Positions 1 to 11,400 of a stretch of 64,000 nt of DNA are shown in pieces; within the stretch, counting starts at the first letter, position 1, and each line of letters begins with the position of its first letter. The translations under genes and the position numbers were made by a program. The notes beneath the pieces were generated by a model. The model was not told the DNA's origin. It saw only the letters and a list, made by a program, of their open reading frames with translations, and did not search any database. The DNA comes from Eledone cirrhosa (lineage: Eukaryota): contig OZ024758.1 in NCBI GenBank assembly GCA_964016885.1, positions 40,114,001 through 40,178,000 on the forward strand, read 5' to 3'.

Positions 1-3000
1 TAGCTTAGCTTAGCTTAGGATAGCTTAGCTTAGGATAGCTTAGGATAGCTGAGCTTAGCTTAGCTTAGGATAGCTTAGCTTAGCTTAGCTTAGTATAGCT
101 TAGCTTAGCTTAGCTTAGGATAGCTTAGCTTAGCTTAGCTTAGGATAGCTTAGCTTAGCTTAGGATAGCTTAGCTTAGCTTAGCTTAGGATAGCTTAGCT
201 TAGCTTAGCTTAGGATAGCTTAGCTTAGCTTAGCTTAGGATAGCTTAGCTTAGCTTAGTTTAGGATAGCTTAGGTTAGGATAGCTTAGCTTAGCTTAGCT
301 TAGGATAGCTTAGCTTAGCTTAGCTTAGCTTAGGATAGCTTAGCTTAGCTTAGCTTAGGATAGCTTAGCTTAGCTTAGGATAGCTTAGCTTAGCTTAGCT
401 TAGGATAGCTTAGCTTAGCTTAGCTTAGGATAGCTTAGCTTAGCTTAGCTTAGGATAGCTTAGCTTAGCTTAGCTTAGGATAGCTTAGCTTAGCTTGGCT
501 TAGGATAGCCTAGCTTAGCTTAGCTTAGGATGGCTTAGCTTAGCTTAGCTTAGGATAGCTTAGCTTAGCTTAGCTTAGCTTAGTTTAGGATAGCTTAGCT
601 TAGCTTAGCTTAGGATAGCTTAGGATAGCTTAGCTTAGGATAGCTTAGGATAGCTTAGCTTAGGATAGCTTAGGATAGCTTAGCTTAGGATAGCTTAGCT
701 TAGGATAGCTTAGCTTAGGATAGCTTATGATAGCTTAGCTTAGGATAGCTTAGGATAGCTTAGGATAGCTTAGCTTAGGATAGCTTAGCTTAGGATAGCT
801 TAGGAAAGCTTAGCTTAGCTTAGCTTAGGATAGCTTAGCTTAGCTTAGGATAGCTTAGCTTAGCTTAGCTTAGCTTAGGATAGCTTAGCTTAGCTTAGCT
901 TAGGATAGCTTAGGATAGCTTAGCTTAGGATAACTTAGGATAGCTTAGCTTAGGATAGCTTAGGATAGCTTAGCTTAGGATAGCTTAGCTTAGGATAGCT
1001 TAGCTTAGCTTAGCTTAGCTTAGGATAGCTTAGGATAGCTTAGGATAGCTTAGCTTAGGATAGCTTAGCTTAGGATAGCTTAGGATAGCTTAGCTTAGCT
1101 TAGCTTAGGATAGCTTAGCTTAGCTTAGCTTAGGATAGCTTAGCTTAGCTTAGCTTAGCTTAGGATAGCTTAGCTTAGCTTAGCTTAGGATAGCTTAGGA
1201 TAGCTTAGCTTAGGATAGCTTAGGATAGCTTAGCTTAGGATAGCTTAGGATAGCTTAGCTTAGGATAGCTTAGGATAGCTTAGCTTAGGATAGCTTAGGA
1301 TAGCTTAGCTTAGGATAGCTTAGCTTAGGATAGCTTAGGATAGCTTAGCTTAGCTTAGCTTAGGATAGCTTAGCTTAGCTTAGCTTAGGATAGCTTAGCT
1401 TAGCTTAGCTTAGGATAGCTTAGCTTGGGATAGCTTAGGATAGCTTAGCTTAGGATAGCTTAGCTTAGGATAGCTTAGGATAGCTTAGCTTAGCTTAGCT
1501 TAGGATAGCTTACCTTAGCTTAGGATAGATTAGCTTAGCTTAGCTTAGGATAGCTTAGCTTAGCTTAGGATAGCTTAGCTTAGCTTAGCTTAGGATAGCT
1601 TAGCTTAGGATAGCTTAGCTTAGGATAGCTTAGCTTAGGATAGCTTAGCTTAGGATAGCTTAGATTAGGATAGCTTAGCTTAGCTTAGGTTAGCTTAGCT
1701 TAGCTTAGCTTAGGATAGCTTAGCTTAGGATAGCTTAGGATAGCTTAGCTTAGCTTAGCTTAGGATAGCTTAGCTTAGCTTAGCTCAGTATAGCTTAGCT
1801 TAGCTTAGCTTAGGATAGCTTAGCTTAGCTTAGCTTAGGATAGCTTAGCTTAGCTTAGGATAGCTTAGCTTAGCTTAGCTTAGGATAGCTTAGCTTAGCT
1901 TAGCTTAGGATAGCTTAGCTTAGCTTAGCTTAGGATAGCTTAGCTTAGCTTAGTTTAGGATAGCTTAGGTTAGGATAGCTTAGCTTAGCTTAGCTTAGGA
2001 TAGCTTAGCTTAGCTTAGCTTAGCTTAGGATAGCTTAGCTTAGCTTAGCTTAGGATAGCTTAGCTTAGCTTAGGATAGCTTAGCTTAGCTTAGCTTAGGA
2101 TAGCTTAGCTTAGCTTGGCTTAGGATAGCCTAGCTTAGCTTAGCTTAGGATGGCTTAGCTTAGCTTAGCTTAGGATAGCTTAGCTTAGCTTAGCTTAGCT
2201 TAGTTTAGGATAGCTTAGCTTAGCTTAGCTTAGGATAGCTTAGGATAGCTTAGCTTAGGATAGCTTAGGATAGCTTAGCTTAGGATAGCTTAGGATAGCT
2301 TAGCTTAGGATAGCTTAGCTTAGGATAGCTTAGCTTAGGATAGCTTATGATAGCTTAGCTTAGGATAGCTTAGGATAGCTTAGGATAGCTTAGCTTAGGA
2401 TAGCTTAGCTTAGGATAGCTTAGGAAAGCTTAGCTTAGCTTAGCTTAGGATAGCTTAGCTTAGCTTAGGATAGCTTAGCTTAGCTTAGCTTAGCTTAGGA
2501 TAGCTTAGCTTAGCTTAGCTTAGGATAGCTTAGGATAGCTTAGCTTAGGATAACTTAGGATAGCTTAGCTTAGGATAGCTTAGGATAGTTTAGCTTAGGA
2601 TAGCTTAGCTTAGGATAGCTTAGCTTAGCTTAGCTTAGCTTAGGATAGCTTAGGATAGCTTAGGATAGCTTAGCTTAGGATAGCTTAGCTTAGGATAGCT
2701 TAGGATAGCTTAGCTTAGCTTAGCTTAGGATAGCTTAGCTTAGCTTAGCTTAGGATAGCTTAGCTTAGCTTAGCTTAGCTTAGGATAGCTTAGCTTAGCT
2801 TAGCTTAGGATAGCTTAGGATAGCTTAGCTTAGGATAGCTTAGGATAGCTTAGCTTAGGATAGCTTAGGATAGCTTAGCTTAGGATAGCTTAGGATAGCT
2901 TAGCTTAGGATAGCTTAGCTTAAGATAGCTTAGGATAGCTTAGCTTAGGATAGCTTAGCTTAGGATAGCTTAGCTTAGCTTAGCTTAGGATAGCTTAGCT

Positions 3001-6000
3001 TGGGATAGCTTAGGATAGCTTAGCTTAGGATAGCTTAGCTTAGGATAGCTTAGGATAGCTTAGCTTAGCTTAGCTTAGGATAGCTTACCTTAGCTTAGGA
3101 TAGATTAGCTTAGCTTAGCTTAGGATAGCTTAGCTTAGCTTAGGATAGCTTAGCTTAGCTTAGCTTAGGATAGCTTAGCTTAGGATAGCTTAGCTTAGGA
3201 TAGCTTAGCTTAGGATAGCTTAGCTTAGGATAGCTTAGCTTAGCTTAGCTTAGGTTAGCTTAGCTTAGCTTAGCTTAGGATAGCTTAGCTTAGGATAGCT
3301 TAGGATAGCTTAGCTTAGCTTAGCTTAGGATAGCTTAGCTTAGCTTAGCTTAGTATAGCTTAGCTTAGCTTAGCTTAGGATAGCTTAGCTTAGCTTAGCT
3401 TAGGATAGCTTAACTTAGCTTAGGATAGCTTAGCTTAGCTTAGCTTAGGATAGCTTAGCTTAGCTTAGCTTAGGATAGCTTAGCTTAGCTTAGCTTAGGA
3501 TAGCTTAGCTTAGCTTAGTTTAGGATAGCTTAGGTTAGGATAGCTTAGCTTAGCTTAGCTTAGGATAGCTTAGCTTAGCTTAGCTTAGGATAGCTTAGCA
3601 TAGCTTAGCTTAGGATAGCTTAGCTTAGCTTAGGATAGCTTAGCTTAGCTTAGCTTAGGATAGCTTAGCTTAGCTTAGCTTAGGATAGCTTAGCTTAGCT
3701 TAGCTTAGGATAGCTTAGCTTAGCTTAGCTTAGGATAGCTTAGCTTAGCTTGGCTTAGGATAGCCTAGCTTAGCTTAGCTTAGGATGGCTTAGCTTAGCT
3801 TAGCTTAGGATAGCTTAGCTTAGCTTAGCTTAGCTTAGTTTAGGATAGCTTAGCTTAGCTTAGCTTAGGATAGCTTAGGATAGCTTAGCTTAGGATAGCT
3901 TAGGATAGCTTAGCTTAGGATAGCTTAGGATAGCTTAGCTTAGGATAGCTTAGCTTAGGATAGCTTAGCTTAGGATAGCTTATGATAGCTTAGCTTAGGA
4001 TAGCTTAGGATAGCTTAGGATAGCTTAGCTTAGGATAGCTTAGGAAAGCTTAGCTTAGCTTAGCTTAGGATAGCTTAGCTTAGCTTAGGATAGCTTAGCT
4101 TAGCTTAGCTTAGCTTAGGATAGCTTAGCTTAGCTTAGCTTAGGATAGCTTAGGATAGCTTAGCTTAGGATAACTTAGGATAGCTTAGCTTAGGATAGCT
4201 TAGGATAGCTTAGCTTAGGATAGCTTAGCTTAGGATAGCTTAGCTTAGCTTAGCTTAGCTTAGGATAGCTTAGGATAGCTTAGGATAGCTTAGCTTAGGA
4301 TAGCTTAGCTTAGGATAGCTTAGGATAGCTTAGCTTAGCTTAGCTTAGGATAGCTTAGCTTAGCTTAGCTTAGCTTAGGATAGCTTAGCTTAGCTTAGCT
4401 TAGGATAGCTTAGCTTAGGATAGCTTAGGATAGCTTAGCTTAGGATAGCTTAGGATAGCTTAGCTTAGGATAGCTTAGGATAGCTTAGCTTAGGATAGCT
4501 TAGGATAGCTTAGCTTAGGATAGCTTAGCTTAGGATAGCTTAGGATAGCTTAGCTTAGCTTAGCTTAGGATAGCTTAGCTTAGCTTAGCTTAGGATAGCT
4601 TAGCTTAGCTTAGCTTAGGATAGCTTAGCTTGGGATAGCTTAGGATAGCTTAGCTTAGGATAGCTTAGCTTAGGATAGCTTAGGATAGCTTAGCTTAGCT
4701 TAGCTTAGGATAGCTTACCTTAGCTTAGGATAGATTAGCTTAGCTTAGCTTAGGATAGCTTAGCTTAGCTTAGGATAGCTTAGCTTAGCTTAGCTTAGGA
4801 TAGCTTAGCTTAGGATAGCTTAGCTTAGGATAGCTTAGCTTAGGATAGCTTAGCTTAGGATAGCTTAGCTTAGGATAGCTTAGCTTAGCTTAGGTTAGCT
4901 TAGCTTAGCTTAGCTTAGGATAGCTTAGCTTAGGATAGCTTAGGATAGCTTAGCTTAGCTTAGCTTAGGATAGCTTAGCTTAGCTTAGCTTAGTATAGCT
5001 TAGCTTAGCTTAGCTTAGGATAGCTTAGCTTAGCTTAGCTTAGGATAGCTTAGCTTAGCTTAGGATAGCTTAGCTTAGCTTAGCTTAGGATAGCTTAGCT
5101 TAGCTTAGCTTAGGATAGCTTAGCTTAGCTTAGCTTAGGATAGCTTAGCTTAGCTTAGTTTAGGATAGCTTAGGTTAGGATAGCTTAGCTTAGCTTAGCT
5201 TAGGATAGTATAGCTTAGCTTAGCTTAGCTTAGGATAGCTTAGCTTAGCTTAGCTTAGGATAGCTTAGCTTAGCTTAGGATAGCTTAGCTTAGCTTAGCT
5301 TAGGATAGCTTAGCTTAGCTTGGCTTAGGATAGCCTAGCTTAGCTTAGCTTAGGATGGCTTAGCTTAGCTTAGCTTAGGATAGCTTAGCTTAGCTTAGCT
5401 TAGCTTAGTTTAGGATAGCTTAGCTTAGCTTAGCTTAGGATAGCTTAGGATAGCTTAGCTTAGGATAGCTTAGGATAGCTTAGCTTAGGATAGCTTAGGA
5501 TAGCTTAGCTTAGGATAGCTTAGCTTAGGATAGCTTAGCTTAGGATAGCTTATGATAGCTTAGCTTAGGATAGCTTAGGATAGCTTAGGATAGCTTAGCT
5601 TAGGATAGCTTAGCTTAGGATAGCTTAGGAAAGCTTAGCTTAGCTTAGCTTAGGATAGCTTAGCTTAGCTTAGGATAGCTTAGCTTAGCTTAGCTTAGCT
5701 TAGGATAGCTTAGCTTAGCTTAGCTTAGGATAGCTTAGGATAGCTTAGCTTAGGATAACTTAGGATAGCTTAGCTTAGGATAGCTTAGGATAGTTTAGCT
5801 TAGGATAGCTTAGCTTAGGATAGCTTAGCTTAGCTTAGCTTAGCTTAGGATAGCTTAGGATAGCTTAGGATAGCTTAGCTTAGGATAGCTTAGCTTAGGA
5901 TAGCTTAGGATAGCTTAGCTTAGCTTAGCTTAGGATAGCTTAGCTTAGCTTAGTTTAGGATAGCTTAGCTTAGCTTAGCTTAGCTTAGGATAGCTTAGCT

Positions 6001-6250
6001 TAGCTTAGCTTAGGATAGCTTAGGATAGCTTAGCTTAGGATAGCTTAGGATAGCTTAGCTTAGGATAGCTTAGGATAGCTTAGCTTAGGATAGCTTAGGA
6101 TAGCTTAGCTTAGGATAGCTTAGGATAGCTTAGCTTAGGATAGCTTAGCTTAGGATAGCTTAGGATAGCTTAGCTTAGCTTAGCTTAGGATAGCTTAGCT
6201 TAGCTTAGCTTAGGATAGCTTAGCTTAGCTTAGCTTAGGATAGCTTAGCT
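1..6250 (+). repeat. ~1.6 kb higher-order repeat, about 4 tandem units
   Basis: The variant cluster TGGCT-TAGCC-TGGCT-TAGTT-TATGA-GGAAAG-TAACT starts at 497, 2117, 3752 and 5322 (spacings 1620, 1635, 1570). Confidence 0.92.
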
Positions 6251-8499
6251 TAGCTTACCTTAGGATAGCTTAGCTTAGCTTAGGATAGCTTAGCTTAGGA
6301 TAGCTTAGCTTAGGATAGCTTAGGATAGCTTACCTTAGGAGAGCTTAGCTTAGGAAAGCTTAGCTTAGGATAGCTTAGGATAGCTTAGCTTAGGATAGCT
6401 TAGCTTAGGATAGCTTAGCTTAGGATAGCTTAGGATAGCTTAGCTTAGCTTAGCTTAGGATAGCTTAGCTTAGCTTAGCTTAGGATAGCTTAGCTTAGCT
6501 TAGCTTAGGATAGCTTAGCTTAGCTTAGCTTAGGATAGCTTAGGATAGCTTAGCTTAGGATAGCTTAGGATAGCTTAGCTTAGGATAGCTTAGGATAGCT
6601 TAGCTTAGGATAGCTTAGCTTAGGATAGCTTAGGATAGCTTAGCTTAGCTTAGCTTAGGATAGCTTAGGATAGCTTAGCTTAGGATAGCTTAGGATAGCT
6701 TAGCTTAGGATAGATTAGGATAGCTTAGCTTAGGATAGTTTAGGATAGCTTAGCTTAGGATAGCTTAGCTTAGGATAGCTTAGCTTAGCTTAGGATAGCT
6801 TAGCTTAGCTTAGCTTAGGATAGCTTAGCTTGGGATAGCTTAGGATAGCTTAGCTTAGGATAGCTTAGCTTAGGATAGCTTAGGATAGCTTAGCTTAGCT
6901 TAGCTTAGGATAGCTTAGCTTAGCATAGCTTCGGATAGCTTAGCTTAGCTTAGGATAGCTTAGCTTAGCTTAGCTTAGGATAGCTTAGCTAAGCTTAGCT
7001 TAGGATAGCTTAGCTTAGCTTAGCTTAGAATAGCTTAGCTTAGGATAGCTTAGCTTAGGATAGCTTAGCTTAGGATAGCTTAGGATAGCTTAGCTTAGGA
7101 TAGCTTAGGATAGCTTAGCTTAGGATAGCTTAGCTTAGCTTAGCTTAGGATAGCTTAGCTTAGCTTAGGATAGCTTAGCTTAGCTTAGCTTAGGATAGCT
7201 TAGCTTAGGATAGCTTAGGAAAGCTTAGCTTAGCTTAGCTTAGGATAGCTTAGCTTAGCTTAGCTTAGGATAGCTTAGCTTAGCTTAGGATAGCTTAGCT
7301 TAGCTTAGGATAGCTTAGCTTAGCTTAGCTTAGGATAGCTTAGCTTAGCTTAGCTTAGGATAGCTTAGCTTAGCTTAGCATAGGATAGCTTAGCTTAGCT
7401 TAGCTTAGGATAGCTTAGCTTAGCTTAGCTTAGGATAGCTTAGCTTAGGATAGCTTAGCTTAGCTTAGCTTAGGATAGCTTAGCTTAGCTTAGCTTAGCT
7501 TAGGATAGCTTAGCTTAGCTTAGCTTAGGATAGCTTAGCTTAGCTTAGCTTAGGATAGCTTAGCTTAGATTAGCTTAGGATAGCTTCGCTTAGCTTAGCT
7601 TAGGATAGCTTAGCTTAGTTTAGGAAAGCTTAGCTTAGCTTAGCTTAGGATAGCTTAGCTTAGCTTAGGATAGCTTAGCTTAGCTTAGGATAGCTTAGCT
7701 TAGCTTAGCTTAGGATAGCTTAGCTTAGCTTAGCTTAGGATAGCTTAGCTTAGCATAGGATAGCTTAGCTTAGCTTAGCTTAGGATAGCTTAGCTTAGCT
7801 TAGCTTAGGATAGCTTAGCTTAGGATAGCTTAGCTTAGCTTAGCTTAGGATAGCTTAGGATAGCTTAGCTTAGGATAGCTTAGCTTAGGATAGCTTAGGA
7901 AAGCTTAGCTTAGCTTAGCTTAGGATAGCTTAGCTTAGCTTAGCTTAGGATAGCTTAGCTTAGCTTAGCTTAGGATAGCTTAGGATAGCTTAGCTTAGGA
8001 TAGCTTAGGATAGCTTAGCTTAGGATAGCTTAGCTTAGGATAGCTTAGCTTAGGATAGCTTAGGATAGCTTAGCTTAGGATAGCTTAGGATAGCTTAGCT
8101 TAGCTTAGCTTAGGATAGCTTAGCTTAGCTTAGCTTAGGATAGCTTAGCTTAGCTTAGCTTAGGATAGCTTAGGATAGCTTAGCTTAGGATAGCTTAGGA
8201 TAGCTTAGCTTAGGATAGCTTAGGATAGCTTAGCTTAGGAAGCTTAGGATAGCTTAGCTTAGGATAGCTTAGCTTAGGATAGCTTATCTTAGCTTAGCTT
8301 AGCTTAGGATAGCTTAGGATAGCTTAGCTTAGGATAGCTTAGCTTAGCTTAGCTTAGGATAGCTTAGCTTAGCTTAGGATAGCTTAGCTTAGCTTAGCTT
8401 AGAATAGCTTAGCTTAGCTTAGGATAGCTTAGCTTAGCTTAGCTTAGGATAGCTTAGCTTAGCTTAGGATAGCTTAGCTTAGCTTAGCTTAGGATAGCT

Positions 8500-11400
8500 T
8501 AGCTTAGCTTAGCTTAGCTTAGGATAGCTTAGGATAGCTTAGCTTAGGATAGCTTAGCTTAGGTTAGCTTAGCTTAGCTTAGCTTAGGATAGCTTAGGAT
8601 AGCTTAGCTTAGGATAGCTTAGCTTAGCTTAGGATAGCTTAGCTTAGCTTAGCTTAGGAGAGCTTAGCTTAGCTTAGCTTAGGATAGCTTAGCTTAGGAT
8701 AGCTTAGGATAGCTTAGCTTAGCTTAGGATAGCTTAGCTTAGCTTAGCTTAGGATAGCTTAGCTTAGCTTAGGATAGCTTAGCTTAGCTTAGCTTAGGAT
8801 AGCTTAGCTTAGCTTAGCTTAGGATAGCTTAGCTTAGCTTAGCTTAGGATAGCTTAGCTTAGCTTAGGATAGCTTAGGATAGCTTAGGATAGCTTAGCTT
8901 AGCTTAGGATAGCTTAGCTTAGCTTAGCTTATGATAGCTTAGCTTAGCTTAGCTTAGGATAGCTTAGCTTAGCTTAGGATAGCTTAGCTTAGCTTAGCTT
9001 AGGATAGCTTAGCTTAGCTTAGCTTAGGATAGCTTAGCTTAGCTTAGCTTAGGATAGATTAGCTTAGCTTAGCTTAGGATAGCTTAGCTTAGCTTAGCTT
9101 AGGATAGCTTAGCTTAGCTTAGCTTAGGATAGCTTAGCTTAGCTTAGGATAGCTTAGCTTAGCTTAGGATAGCTTAGCTTAGCTTAGGAGAGCTTAGCTT
9201 AGCTTAGCTTAGCTTAGGAGAGCTTAGCTTAGCTTAGCTTAGGATAGCTTAGCTTAGCTTAGCTTAGGATAGCTTAGCTTAGCTTAGGATAGCTTAGCTT
9301 AGCTTAGCTTATCTTAGCTTAGGATAGCTTAGCTTAGCTTAGCTTAGGATAGCTTAGCTTAGCTTAGCTTAGGATAGCTTAGGATAGCTTAGCTTAGGAT
9401 AGCTTAGGATAGCTTACCTTAGGATAGCTTAGCTTAGGATAGCTTAGCTTAGGATAGCTTAGGATAGCTTAGCTTAGCTTAGCTTAGGATAACTTAGCTT
9501 AGCTTAGCTTAGGATAGCTTAGCTTAGCTTAGCATAGGATAGCTTAGCTTAGCTTAGGATAGCTTAGCTTAGCTTAGCTTAGGATAGCTTAGCTTAGCTT
9601 AGCTTAGGATAGCTTAGCTTAGGATAGCTTAGCTTAGGATAGCTTAGCTTAGGATAGCTTAGGATAGCTTAGCTTAGGATAGCTTAGGATAGCTTAGCTT
9701 CGGATAGCTTAGCTTAGCTAAGGATTGCTTAGCTTAGGATAGCTTAGGATAGCTTAGCTTAGCTTAGCTTAGGATAGCTTAGCTTAGCTTAGGATAGCTT
9801 ATCTTAGCTTAGGATAGCTTAGCTTAGCTTAGGATAGCTTAGCTTAGCTTAGGATAGCTTAGCTTAGCTTAGCTTAGGATAGCTTAGCTTAGCTTAGCTT
9901 AGGATAGCTTAGCTTAGCTTAGCTTAGGATAGCTTAGCTTAGCTTAGCTTAGGATAGCTTAGCTTAGCTTAGCTTAGGAGAGCTTAGCTTAGCTTAGCTT
10001 AGGATAGCTTAGCTTAGCTTAGGATAGCTTAGCTTAGCTTAGCTTAGGATAGCTTAGCTTAGCTTAGTTTAGGATAGCTTAGCTTAGCTTAGCTTAGCTT
10101 AGGATAGCTTAGCTTAGCTTAGCTTAGCTTAGGATAGCTTAGCTTAGCTTAGGATAGCTTAGCTTAGCTTAGCTTAGGATAGCTTAGCTTAGCTTAGGAT
10201 AGCTTAGCTTAGCTTAGCTTAGGATAGCTTAGCTTAGCTTAGGATAGCTTAGCTTAGCTTAGCTTAGCTTAGGATAGTTTAGCTTAGCTTAGCTTAGCTT
10301 AGGATAGCTTAGCTTAGCTTAGGATAGCTTAGGATAGCTTAGCTTAGGATAGCTTAGCATAGCTTAGCTTAGGATAGCTTAGCTTAGGATAGCTTAGCTT
10401 AGGATAGCTTAGGATAGCTTAGCTTAGCTTAGCTTAGGATAGCTTAGCTTAGCTTAGCTTAGGATAGCTTAGCTTAGCTTAGCTTAGGATAGCTTAGGAT
10501 AGCTTAGCTTAGGATAGCTTAGGATAGCTTAGCTTAGGAAAGCTTAGGATAGCTTAGCTTAGGATAGCTTAGGATAGCTTAGCTTAGGATAGCTTAGGAT
10601 AGCTTAGCTTAGCTTAGCTTAGGATAGCTTAGCTTAGCTTAGCCTAGGTAGCTTAGCTTAGCTTAGCTTAGGATAGCTTAGGATAGCTTAGCTTAGGATA
10701 GCTTAGGATAGCTTAGCTTATGATAGCTTAGCTTAGGATAGCTTAGGATAGCTTAGCTTAGGATAGCTTAGCTTAGGATAGCTTAGGATAGCTTAGCTTA
10801 GCTTAGCTTAGGATAGCTTAGCTTAGCTTAGGATAGCTTAGCTTAGCTTAGCTTAGCTTAGGATAGCTTAGCTTAGCTTAGCTTAGGATAGCTTAGCTTA
10901 GCTTAGCTTAGGATAGCTTAGGATAGCTTAGCTTAGGATAGCTTAGGATAGCTTAGCTTAGGATAGCTTAGGATAGCTTAGCTTAGGATAGCTTAGGATA
11001 GCTTAGCTTAGGATAGCTTAGGATAGCTTAGCTTAGCTTAGCTTAGGATAGCTTAGCTTAGCTTAGCTTAGGTAGCTTAGCTTAGCTTAGCTTAGGATAG
11101 CTTAGGATAGCTTAGCTTAGGATAGCTTAGCTTAGCTTAGGATAGCTTAGCTTAGCTTAGCTTAGGATAGCTTAGCTTAGCTTAGCTTAGGATAGCTTAG
11201 CTTAGCTTAGGATAGCTTAGCTTAGCTTAGCTTAGGATAGCTTAGCTTAGCTTAGGATAGCTTAGCTTAGCTTAGCTTAGCTTAGGAGAGCTTAGCTTAG
11301 CTTAGGATAGCTTAGCTTAGCTTAGCTTAGGATAGCTTAGCTTAGCTTAGGATAGCTTAGCTTAGCTTAGCTTATCTTAGCTTAGGATAGCTTAGCTTAG

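Noticed and set aside
1585-1675. Minus-strand open frame in runs of the 15-mer, reading (LSYPK)n
   Set aside because: It is only about 5-6 repeats long, has no start codon, and closes with TAA as soon as the run length changes; it is a by-product of the 15-bp period.
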